Below, one piece after another: positions 8,643-17,728 of a DNA stretch of 64,000 nucleotides. The DNA comes from a virus. Its lineage: Duplodnaviria; Caudoviricetes. The notes beneath the pieces are model-generated. The model saw nothing but the letters and a program-made list of their open reading frames with translations, did no database searches and was not told the origin of the DNA. Position 1 is the stretch's first letter; each line of letters opens with the position of its first letter. The stretch is taken from IMG/VR virus record IMGVR_UViG_3300032138_000012, positions 5,836-69,835 of that record, one strand, 5' to 3'. The position numbers and the translations under genes are program-made.

Positions 8643-9923
8643 TTAATCGTAAAGACCTAGTCTTCCTTTATTCCACCATGGATCTATTTTCTCTTCTTCC
8701 TCTCCACCAGGATTAGCGAAATTCCTTCCTGTAAACTGATTAAAGTAATCTAAATCTGCAATATTAGGTGTAATAGGATCATCATCAAATGGCCCTAATT
8801 CTACTGATATTAAGGGTAAAGGTCCTGTATATCCTTCTCCACCAGGATTAGCGAATCCTCTTTCCCCTAAAGCCTTCTCTGAAGCCAGACCTATATTAGT
8901 TGGCTCTCCATAAAGCCTGTCCGTTAAAGGTGACTCATACATTCCACCAAAAGGATCAACGAGTGGAGAATATGGCGCTAGCTGTCTTTCGTCAGGATAT
9001 TCATAATCTTCCGGGAAAAAAGGAAAAGAAGGTTTTTCTGTTATTTTTGGTTCACCATATAAATCATTGGAAGTGTCTTCCCACAGTTCACCTGTGGTGT
9101 AGTAGTCATCCTTATTGGCTATATCGTCTTCAATAGACCCTCCCCTTAAATCAGCCGTAATATCCATATCCGGAATTGGTCCACCTGCTGCTCCTATAGT
9201 TTGACCTGGACCTGCATATTCAGATCCTTCTCCATATCCAAGAAGATTAGTCATAATGTCATAACCTGGAACATGTTTTCCTGTTCTTCCTTGTCCTTTA
9301 TAGACGTCTCCAGTATATCTCGAACCTTCGCCTACGCCAGTATATTTGCCTGGTGCATAGTCTTCAAATCCTTTTACCGCAGCAAGCCTGTCTGAAGTTT
9401 GTTTGTTTCTCCAAGCTGTTTCCGCTGTCGCTAGATGCTGATCCCGTGTTTCACTGTCCTGCGCCATAGCGGCAAGATTTAAGTATTTTTTTTCAAAAGC
9501 TTTCTCGTCCTCAGTCATCATGGATCTTTTATCTTTTTCCCATTCTTTGTGACCTGCAACTCTTCCTAAGTCATCTTGATAAGCTTGGTGTAATCGTGAG
9601 CCACGCATAGCACCGGAAACTAAATCTCCAAATTTTCCCATCATCTCCAAACCAGGATGAACAAATTTACGGCCTTTTGCTTTTGCAGTGTTGTAAATTC
9701 CTTTTGCGTAATTTCCTACACCACGTGGTGTAGCCGCAAATCGGTTCTTAGCGATTTGCTGTCTCGTTGGAATAGGTCCTCCTGCTGGCCCAAAACTTCT
9801 TCCTGTTCTTCGACCTAATCGTTGTTGAGCTCTGCTAGGGCCACGAGGTCTTGAGATACCTGTTCCTCTGTACGCTGTATCATCAGTCATACGCTGTCTA
9901 GCCTTATTCCAATCTATTGCCAT
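8643..9923 (-). CDS. Putative internal virion protein (basic N-terminus, acidic C-terminus)
   Basis: 426 aa; repeats FANPGGE x2 and AGGPIP x2; GGAG RBS. Confidence 0.55.
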   Translation of the reverse strand: MAIDWNKARQRMTDDTAYRGTGISRPRGPSRAQQRLGRRTGRSFGPAGGPIPTRQQIAKNRFAATPRGVGNYAKGIYNTAKAKGRKFVHPGLEMMGKFGDLVSGAMRGSRLHQAYQDDLGRVAGHKEWEKDKRSMMTEDEKAFEKKYLNLAAMAQDSETRDQHLATAETAWRNKQTSDRLAAVKGFEDYAPGKYTGVGEGSRYTGDVYKGQGRTGKHVPGYDIMTNLLGYGEGSEYAGPGQTIGAAGGPIPDMDITADLRGGSIEDDIANKDDYYTTGELWEDTSNDLYGEPKITEKPSFPFFPEDYEYPDERQLAPYSPLVDPFGGMYESPLTDRLYGEPTNIGLASEKALGERGFANPGGEGYTGPLPLISVELGPFDDDPITPNIADLDYFNQFTGRNFANPGGEEEEKIDPWWNKGRLGLYD

Positions 9924-9948
9924 TTTAACATTCTCCTGTTGCTCAGCC

Positions 9949-10083
9949 CTATACGCCTGGTATAATTACGGCTTTAAGCACAATCAATACAACAATTGCT
10001 ACTATGCCGGCCTTTATCCAGTCACGCATTCCCCAATCATTCCATTCCTTCAAGTGTGCCCAAATATCTTTCAGTAATTTCAT
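9949..10083 (-). CDS. Small membrane protein, 44 aa (not in ORF track)
   Basis: MKLLKDIWAHLKEWNDWGMRDWIKAGIVAIVVLIVLKAVIIPGV*; AGGAGG RBS; fills the intergenic gap. Confidence 0.7.
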   Translation of the reverse strand: MKLLKDIWAHLKEWNDWGMRDWIKAGIVAIVVLIVLKAVIIPGV

Positions 10084-10098
10084 ATTTACCTCCTGTAT

Positions 10099-10356
10099 TT
10101 AGTGAATCGTAGGCTTCTCATGTTGATCAACCTGTAAATAAATTTCGTCGACCATTATAAACGAATCCAGCATAACTTCAAACACTTTCTGTGCCTCTTT
10201 GGCCCCAAGTGCGTGTATGTACAGATTTCGCGTAACAGCCATTAAACCAGCTGCAACAATAAGTTGATCTTCTGGTTTTCCTTTAATCTCTTCTACTACT
10301 AGCTTTTCAGCTTTTTGCATAACTTCGGTTATCTTACTTAGTTTTTGATTTTCCAT
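10099..10356 (-). CDS. Hypothetical protein
   Basis: 85 aa, overlaps the portal 3' end, co-oriented. Confidence 0.55.
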   Translation of the reverse strand: MENQKLSKITEVMQKAEKLVVEEIKGKPEDQLIVAAGLMAVTRNLYIHALGAKEAQKVFEVMLDSFIMVDEIYLQVDQHEKPTIH

Positions 10357-12925
10357 TTGCTTTCCTAGACGCAGATCTCTCCCTCATTCCGGCTATTTTT
10401 TCATTGCTTCTGTTTTTAGCGGCATCTCGTAATGACGCCACATCTTCCTTGATTTCAGCGGTCGTGTCTTTTTGACCTTCTTTCATAAGACCAAAAGATT
10501 CTTTAACTATGCCTAATTCATTACCACTCTGCATCTTTTCTCTTTCCAAGTCAAGCTTTTCTGCATCAACGGCTGTTTCCATAAGCATCTTGGTTTGATC
10601 ATGCTCTCCTTTTTGTTGCAGTTCAGCAGCTTTAAGATCAATTTCTTGTTGTTTAAGTTTAATCAGTGGATCCTTATCTTCTAATCCACTTCGTTGTTGC
10701 TCTTCAGCAGCCATGTTTTTAATCAATTTCGCTTCCAAATCAGAAATTGCAGATTCTTTTTGAATCACAAACTGCTGTTGCATTTGCTGTATTTGTTGTT
10801 GAATCTGTGGATTCTGCGCTGCCTGCTGTTGCATTTGTTGAATCTGCTGTTGCAATTGCTGTGTTTGCTGCTGCATTTGCTGTTCAACCTGTTCCGCTGC
10901 CATGATCGCAATATGCTGCAATATATGCGCTTCCATCATTGCGTAAACCTGTACATTAATTTGAACCGGTCTTGTAAACATGAATTCAGCGTGCGCCTCT
11001 ATGTGCGCCTTGTGGTTTTGTTGTGGAAATGCTTTTGGATCTGTTCCACGCATTGCCTCTGAATTTTCAGTGGCAGGGCTTTTGGGTGGTGGATTTCCTG
11101 GATCCGGTTTTAGTAACGCGTCAATGTTATCAACATCCAACGCTTGGTAAACTCTTCTGTATGCTTCACGTAAATTATGTAACGCTGGGTTAGCCGTCGC
11201 CATTTGCAACTGCTGCTGTGCCAGCATGACACGCTGTGACATGGAAAATATGTTTGGATTGGATACTGGTAAAATGTCAACACGGTCATCAAAATCCGCT
11301 TGCTTGATCGTTCTGTTTCCACCCTTAACCATGTATGGATATTCTGGCGGAAGGAACATTTTAACGCAACGCGCAAGTAAATTAAATTCAACACCTTGTG
11401 CGTAATGCAATCTTTTATGGATTGCGCTCATCACTTTTGTTCCGCGTTCCAGTAAAGCGAGTGTAGTTCCAACTGGGTTCTGTTCATTTCCTTCACCCAT
11501 CTTCATGTCCGCAATTGCCGCAAATGATTTACCCGCGTCAACGCAGAATCCTAATAAGGCAAACAGAACCTGTGATGGTTCCTTGTATGGAAGTGGTAAC
11601 AGTGATTCCCTAATTGACGTTCCTGTTACGTCAACATCACGAAATTCACCCGGTTGCAACGGTTCGTCATGATCACGTATGCGCATGCCGCGTGCCTTGA
11701 AACCTGCTGGAAGATTGGCAAGAGTACCTGCATCAATTAACTGCCGCAAAACACTTGTTGCAGTTCTTGACAATCCGCCAAGCATGTGGATCAGGCCAAA
11801 TCCATAGAAGCCTAATCCTGGGAGGAACTTGTAGTGTGTAAAATAGTCTACGCGGTTTCTTAACTGGTCCTGCTGGTTCCAGTTTCTTTTTATTGAAAGT
11901 ATTTTTGTTGAATATTGATCAATTGTGATAACGTAAGGAAGCTTAATTCCACTTTGGTCCTCGAACCCCGGAACATCCGCGTCAACATGCATTTCCAACA
12001 ACACGTGTTCATCATCCTCGGATGACAGATTATCACTTACGCCGTGCAATTCATCAGATTTCTCTTTAACATCATCTATTGAAACTGTACCTGCCGTAAT
12101 TGGTATATCGCGGTAAAATCCGCTTACTTGCTGCTTTCTGAGCGCGTTTGAGTCAACTTTTGTTGCGTGTGTAATTCTTACGGCATCTTCCAATGAAGAT
12201 GCCATGTAATTCACTACACAGTCTTCACTTGAAACAAATTTTGAAACTGGACGACCCAATACAGAGTCATGGTATGTTTTTTTGAATGCTGAGCCGGATA
12301 AAGGCAAATAAAACAGTAATTGGTCCATGTCCGGGTCATATTCTTTCATAACGTGCGTAATTTGATAATTCATGAAATCCTTTACGCGTTTTGCCTGTTC
12401 TTCCACTTGTGGTGTAATTTCACCAACTATTTCCGTATTAACGGGTCCTGCTGGCGGTAAAAGCTCCTTATACGCCTGTGCCTGAAACTGTGTTGCCGAT
12501 TCCGCCAATAGGGGATGAATCACGCCGCTTGCCCCTTCAAAAGGCTGTGTGCGGTCGTCATACTTAAATCCAAGCATGTCCAATCCTTTGGTATATGTTT
12601 CTTCCCAATCTTTTCTTGATTGCTTGTCCGATTCATATGATCCAATCAATTTATCCGATAATTTTTGAAGATCCCCTTCTTCAAGATATTCAGCAAGGTT
12701 TGCGTCAAACGGAATCTGTGACTGGTCGACTGGCGCGTTTGGATCCGTGTTTATTTCAGCTCCTCCATCCGGTAACTCAGTAATTTCAACATTAGGATCA
12801 AGGTTAACTTGTTTATTCGGTAATTGAACTTCCGTTCCACCACCAGAAATCTCCAGTCCATCATTGAGCGCTTCAATTGCCTTTTCTATTGCACCGGAAG
12901 CAGGCATTCTTGATTTAATAGCCAT
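10334..12925 (-). CDS. Portal protein (P22-like)
   Basis: 863 aa; SRKDWEETY..GLDMLG, HPLLAESATQFQA, LPLSGSAFKK, PGLGFYGFGLIH, GFKARG motifs; Gln-rich C-terminal coiled coil. Confidence 0.85.
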   Translation of the reverse strand: MAIKSRMPASGAIEKAIEALNDGLEISGGGTEVQLPNKQVNLDPNVEITELPDGGAEINTDPNAPVDQSQIPFDANLAEYLEEGDLQKLSDKLIGSYESDKQSRKDWEETYTKGLDMLGFKYDDRTQPFEGASGVIHPLLAESATQFQAQAYKELLPPAGPVNTEIVGEITPQVEEQAKRVKDFMNYQITHVMKEYDPDMDQLLFYLPLSGSAFKKTYHDSVLGRPVSKFVSSEDCVVNYMASSLEDAVRITHATKVDSNALRKQQVSGFYRDIPITAGTVSIDDVKEKSDELHGVSDNLSSEDDEHVLLEMHVDADVPGFEDQSGIKLPYVITIDQYSTKILSIKRNWNQQDQLRNRVDYFTHYKFLPGLGFYGFGLIHMLGGLSRTATSVLRQLIDAGTLANLPAGFKARGMRIRDHDEPLQPGEFRDVDVTGTSIRESLLPLPYKEPSQVLFALLGFCVDAGKSFAAIADMKMGEGNEQNPVGTTLALLERGTKVMSAIHKRLHYAQGVEFNLLARCVKMFLPPEYPYMVKGGNRTIKQADFDDRVDILPVSNPNIFSMSQRVMLAQQQLQMATANPALHNLREAYRRVYQALDVDNIDALLKPDPGNPPPKSPATENSEAMRGTDPKAFPQQNHKAHIEAHAEFMFTRPVQINVQVYAMMEAHILQHIAIMAAEQVEQQMQQQTQQLQQQIQQMQQQAAQNPQIQQQIQQMQQQFVIQKESAISDLEAKLIKNMAAEEQQRSGLEDKDPLIKLKQQEIDLKAAELQQKGEHDQTKMLMETAVDAEKLDLEREKMQSGNELGIVKESFGLMKEGQKDTTAEIKEDVASLRDAAKNRSNEKIAGMRERSASRKANGKSKTK

Positions 12926-12926
12926 T

Positions 12927-15900
12927 TTACTTCTTTACCATTTTTTTATTAACAATGCCACCTTTTTTATATACTGGAATTGTAGATTCACCAGGAATGC
13001 GCTGTCCTGTGTTTATATCGCGCATTTCAATTAAAGGGATCTTCTCCCACGTATATCCGTTCCCGTCAACTATTGTTGTGTCTTTAAACTTAAATCCACT
13101 CTTCTTGGCAATTCTTTTCATCGCACTTACTCCTATTTCATCGTACCACTTATCCCCGCCTTTGGGAATGTTGCCATGCGCCTTTTTCATCTTTCCAGTG
13201 GATAATCCTATTCCATCATACCCCTTATCAGATGCCATCTTCATTAATCCCTGTAAAATCACTTTCGCATAGTTCTCTGACTTCTTGAATGGAGCGTCTG
13301 GATGAACTTTACCACTTTTACCTGTTAATTCTTCTTGCTTTTGCACTTTTTTCTCTAATTTCTTTATATCTTTCACCAATTTCTTCAATGCCGTCTCAAT
13401 ATTCTTTAATTCAGCCACATTTTCCGGTGATTCACGTTCAACGCGTGATAATTGTAAAATATTATCTTTTCTAAGCCTTGTTGACTCCAAAGTTTGCTCT
13501 TTTTTAGCTAATTGCGCAGCAAAATCGCCCATTTCAGCCAAAACATCACCCTTATCTAGCCTTGGAGCGTATTTATAGCCTTTTTGCGCCACTTGTTGGT
13601 GTAAATCGGACTGTATTTCCTCCATGAGCAGGATCTTCCTGCCACTTTCATCAATTCTTTCACTAAAGCGCCCCCATCCAAAGGGTGAGTTTCCTGCATT
13701 TCCCTTAAAAACCTCTCCGGAAAAGTGTCCTGCCTTGTATGTTCCTTCCTGCGCCCTTACGGCACCTGTATCAAAGTTAAAATAGAACTTTAATTCACCG
13801 TATCCTGAACCGCCAGGGATGAACTGTGTTCCTTCGTGCGCTGGAGTTCTTTTGCTTTTAAAAAAGAATCCCCTTCCCTCGCTCATGTCGCCCAAACGGT
13901 ATAGCATTTTCTTTGTCCAGAAAGGAATTGGAACATCGCCTGTCATTACCTGCCGATCAAAAATATTTAACGCCTGATATAGCTGCTTAAACGCTTCCTC
14001 TTCCGGAATGTTTTTAGCCACCGCAAGCCTTGTTACATCTTCCGCCGGAACGAGATTTTTTAAAACATTCATGTGATCACGTTTTACAATGTCATTTGTT
14101 CCGTGGTATATTCTTGGAAAAGCGCTTTCCCACATTTCCTTGAAATGCTGTCCCTTGTGAAGTTCAACCTGTTGTCCACCATAACCTTCTTTCAGCAAAG
14201 GAACCATGTCCGCATCCTCGCCAGTTCCAACAGCCTTGTTCGTTCCTCGCATTGTATTAATGATATTTTCACGGATCTTCATTCCCGTTGCGTCCTGTGG
14301 TGGCTGGTGCAACGCCGTCAGCAGCCTTGGATCATTGGATAACACCTTCAGGTTTTCCAGTTCCGGACGGTGTCCCCTGGATTCACGAACCGCTGTCAAC
14401 ATTTTTGTAATGTCATTCGCGCCGCGTGATACGGGTTCCGCCATCGCTATGTCCATGTCAATCTTCGGCATCTCCCTGTTGTATGTTTCAAGGAGCTCGG
14501 TTTTCGATAATTTTCTTTTTGGATCCGCTTTCGCGATATTCGTCAGCAACGCCTCAAGACCAAATTCGTCAAGCTCCGTTGCGGAAACTCCAGGCTTGTT
14601 CTTTATTGTACCAAGCCATTGTTGCGCACCCATGTTTACTTCCGGCATGTCCTCAATCGCGTTCACTGTTGATAGAAACATCGCCGGCTTGTCTTCCACC
14701 GCTTGCCCTACTGCAATGTCCGTCGCCTTCTCGGCCTTGCCAACTGACTTCACCATGTCGCCAACCCGGGCCACGGCCTTAGGTGCTTTAGACAATGCGC
14801 CAAACAGGCGTGCAAATCCACCAATGGCGAATTTTTGTCGGTTAATGCTTTCCTGCGGGTCTAATAATGGAAGTCCTTCTGGCATGGGTCCTCTTGTTGG
14901 TGGTATTGTATCACTTAAGTCTGAATTAATCAAGCCACCTTTGTTATAGGATATTCCCTCATAAGTAATGGGCGTGTTAAATCCTTCACTCTCAAAATAT
15001 TCTATCATTTCTAAATTTTTTTCTTTTCTAGCTTTTGCAAGTCCTATTTTTTTCATCCATCGTTGGAGAGCTGGCCAATTCATTTGTCTTCCAAGAGTCT
15101 CCCCCTCAACTTTTATCACTTCCCGTAATTTCCGTAGATTATTAAGATCTGTTTCAAAACTCCATTTTTTTCTTTCAGGGTCTTTTTTATAAAAAAGTCC
15201 TGAGCGTTTAGTATTACGTTTATTGTAAGTTATGTAATATTGTTCAGGGTCCCCACTTACAATGGCATTATATAGTCTTTTATCTATTTTATTCCGTTCT
15301 TTATAAAGATTAGAAAAACCTAAAGATAAATTCCATGTTTTAGGATCAGCTGTGCTTCTAACCCCTTTTCCTTTGTAGGGCATATGGCTAGCGTGAACTC
15401 CATAACCCAAAGGAAGTACATTTTCAACATCCATGACTTTAGGGTCAATCCCCAATATTCTACCAAGATCATTTCTTAGATATTTAATTCCCTTGCTATA
15501 TTTTTGAGAAACTTGAGTTCTTGTATCCCATTTCTTGGAAAAGTCAGGATATCTTCTTGTCAATGTTGCGAGCAATGTTCCAGGAGTCTTTTCTACCCTT
15601 TTTACATATTCCATCCATCTATCGCGTCCTAATTTATCCTTTACTCCCCTTAAATGGTGCTTCATCAAAAAAAGGTCGTTACGATCTAAATTTTCATAAT
15701 TCTTTCTTAAAGTTTTATCTATTAAAGCCGATTCTCCTCCTTTGTGAAATCCCCTTTCAATATCCCATGCCTCTCTTACTTTGCTTAAAGGCAGAATATT
15801 AGTTCCAAATCTTTTATTATAATCTTCTATGACCTGTATTACATCATGAAAGCGTTTATCTTTTGGATCACCACGTGTCTCTAAAATTGCTTTAATAAAA

Positions 15901-16706
15901 TTCTTCGTTCTCAATTCTTGGGTATGGGCTGGGGAATCGCCTTTTATTTTATTAAAATTATCTCGAGCTAAAACACGCTTTATATCCTGCAAATTACTTT
16001 CCTTTAATTCCTTAGAAAATCCTTTACCCTCTTGACCTATTAGTCTTTTGGCCATGAAATTCTTAAAGTTATTCTTGGTCTTAAGAGGAATCCTCTTATC
16101 CGCTAATATCTTATCCCTATATTTACCAAATAATTGACTTTTATTTTCACTACGAAATTTTTTAAAAGCTTCACTTGGATTGACAGGATCCTGAGGGGTA
16201 GCGAACTCTTTTGTTATAAACTTAAGGGATTCCTTGGTTATTGGAGTTTCTTGCGCCTCCCCAATTTTTTTCATATGAATTTTATGTCGTTGCTCCTTAA
16301 ATTTTTCATATGGCTTAGGCTTTACCGCCCATTCTGCACGCTTTATAAGTTGTGCGGAAGATGTTCTAGCCTGCTGTGGAGTCATGTTTTCCATTACTGG
16401 TGTAATTTTGTTCTGGATTTTAGTGGCAATATCCAAGTCCTTTGTGGCAGACTCATAATCTGCAGTATTAATAATATCCGTTGCTTCTAATTCTCTATTA
16501 ATTCCTCTTAGTACTGTTCCCTTCCCCCGTAATGGAGTATTTGTTAATCTGTCAACTGAAGTCCTTAAGACAAATTCTCCGTGCTTAGGATCAGTCTTGA
16601 ATATTTTTTTTAAAACAGGAAGGTTTTCTAGTCTGGATCCAATTTCTCCTAAGCTTGCAATGCCTTTCGCAATCTTAGGTACTCGTGTTAGTGCGGCTAG
16701 AACCAT
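12927..16706 (-). CDS. Large polyvalent-like / injected virion protein
   Basis: 1259 aa; C-terminal half has QQWLGTIK.KPGV..TELDEFGL and RFSERID.SGRKILLMEEIQSDLHQ motifs; N-terminal half Lys-rich. Confidence 0.5.
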   Translation of the reverse strand: MVLAALTRVPKIAKGIASLGEIGSRLENLPVLKKIFKTDPKHGEFVLRTSVDRLTNTPLRGKGTVLRGINRELEATDIINTADYESATKDLDIATKIQNKITPVMENMTPQQARTSSAQLIKRAEWAVKPKPYEKFKEQRHKIHMKKIGEAQETPITKESLKFITKEFATPQDPVNPSEAFKKFRSENKSQLFGKYRDKILADKRIPLKTKNNFKNFMAKRLIGQEGKGFSKELKESNLQDIKRVLARDNFNKIKGDSPAHTQELRTKNFIKAILETRGDPKDKRFHDVIQVIEDYNKRFGTNILPLSKVREAWDIERGFHKGGESALIDKTLRKNYENLDRNDLFLMKHHLRGVKDKLGRDRWMEYVKRVEKTPGTLLATLTRRYPDFSKKWDTRTQVSQKYSKGIKYLRNDLGRILGIDPKVMDVENVLPLGYGVHASHMPYKGKGVRSTADPKTWNLSLGFSNLYKERNKIDKRLYNAIVSGDPEQYYITYNKRNTKRSGLFYKKDPERKKWSFETDLNNLRKLREVIKVEGETLGRQMNWPALQRWMKKIGLAKARKEKNLEMIEYFESEGFNTPITYEGISYNKGGLINSDLSDTIPPTRGPMPEGLPLLDPQESINRQKFAIGGFARLFGALSKAPKAVARVGDMVKSVGKAEKATDIAVGQAVEDKPAMFLSTVNAIEDMPEVNMGAQQWLGTIKNKPGVSATELDEFGLEALLTNIAKADPKRKLSKTELLETYNREMPKIDMDIAMAEPVSRGANDITKMLTAVRESRGHRPELENLKVLSNDPRLLTALHQPPQDATGMKIRENIINTMRGTNKAVGTGEDADMVPLLKEGYGGQQVELHKGQHFKEMWESAFPRIYHGTNDIVKRDHMNVLKNLVPAEDVTRLAVAKNIPEEEAFKQLYQALNIFDRQVMTGDVPIPFWTKKMLYRLGDMSEGRGFFFKSKRTPAHEGTQFIPGGSGYGELKFYFNFDTGAVRAQEGTYKAGHFSGEVFKGNAGNSPFGWGRFSERIDESGRKILLMEEIQSDLHQQVAQKGYKYAPRLDKGDVLAEMGDFAAQLAKKEQTLESTRLRKDNILQLSRVERESPENVAELKNIETALKKLVKDIKKLEKKVQKQEELTGKSGKVHPDAPFKKSENYAKVILQGLMKMASDKGYDGIGLSTGKMKKAHGNIPKGGDKWYDEIGVSAMKRIAKKSGFKFKDTTIVDGNGYTWEKIPLIEMRDINTGQRIPGESTIPVYKKGGIVNKKMVKK

Positions 16707-17728
16707 TATTCACCGAACACGTCAAATGCCCCGGCCACTGGCACCGATGCAATGCCCGCAGTAACTGCCTTTCCTTTCGTTGGAGCGAACATGCTTTTAT
16801 CGCCTTTCAGCCATTTACCACCCTTAAGAAGGGATTTTATTCCGTGCACTCCACCAAGAACTGTTCCGCCAACCATTCCCGCCATTTGTGATTCCGGATC
16901 CCCGTACAAGTTAAGATTGTATTCATGCTCCGGTTTGGCGCCGAATCCTTGCTCACCAATCATCCTTGTTAATGGATTCCATGAGTCCTTAAGATTGACT
17001 GCCGAGTGGCGCATCATGGACCCCTGTCCATCGTTATCAAACTTGAAGATGCCGTAGTTTGGCATCTGCAGGTCGCCGTGCTTGGTCCAGGCAAGGTTAA
17101 CGCCCATTGGAATTTCCTTAAAATTTTTAATGTAATAAAAATCGTCATCCTCGTACCAGTCATCCTGCGTTAAGTACTCTTGCTCCAGGTTTTTTACTTC
17201 AGAGGTTGCAGCGTCCGCCACTTCCTTGTTTCCCTTGTATTTTTTCTCAAGATCAGAAAGATTAACAACGTCCAGTCCAAGGGTTTGGTTGAGATGATCA
17301 ATGACTTTCTTTTCATCTAGGGCATAGTCTTGTTTGTAATTTTCAAGGTAACTTATTATGTCAGGATTGTTTCTTTGGTTTTTTGAAATCTTTTGAAAAT
17401 CAGCAGCCTGTAAGTCTGTTGTAAAAAGAGTATTGGCATAGTCATACAGTCCACTGTATTCACCTACAGGATTTATAACAGTCTCCGCTATCGGAAGTGT
17501 TTCTACAACAAAATCAGATACGGTTTTAGCGAGATTATATCCTGTCGCTACCGTATCTCCGAGCATGCCATATTTATTTTCACCATCCGGAATGGCTTCT
17601 GGATTTATGTTTTTATTGGCAACACTTTCCTCTACGGTATGTGTTCCCCCACCTGAAAAGTCCTTAATTAAGCTTGGGTCACGTAAGTGCCGTGTGCTTT
17701 CAAGTAATTTTTGATAATTAACAGCCAT
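16706..17728 (-). CDS. Hypothetical protein, probably virion-associated
   Basis: 340 aa between terL and the 1259-aa gene; Gly-rich hydrophobic C-terminal segments. Confidence 0.55.
   Translation of the reverse strand: MAVNYQKLLESTRHLRDPSLIKDFSGGGTHTVEESVANKNINPEAIPDGENKYGMLGDTVATGYNLAKTVSDFVVETLPIAETVINPVGEYSGLYDYANTLFTTDLQAADFQKISKNQRNNPDIISYLENYKQDYALDEKKVIDHLNQTLGLDVVNLSDLEKKYKGNKEVADAATSEVKNLEQEYLTQDDWYEDDDFYYIKNFKEIPMGVNLAWTKHGDLQMPNYGIFKFDNDGQGSMMRHSAVNLKDSWNPLTRMIGEQGFGAKPEHEYNLNLYGDPESQMAGMVGGTVLGGVHGIKSLLKGGKWLKGDKSMFAPTKGKAVTAGIASVPVAGAFDVFGE

Noticed and set aside
13860-14110. ADP-ribosyltransferase (YHGT...GRGFFF) in the 1259-aa protein
   Set aside because: Spacing between motifs (about 70 aa) is far longer than usual and no catalytic Glu strand was identified; kept only as a remark
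14206-14949. 247-aa plus-strand ORF
   Set aside because: Antisense to the 1259-aa gene; no RBS or recognisable motif
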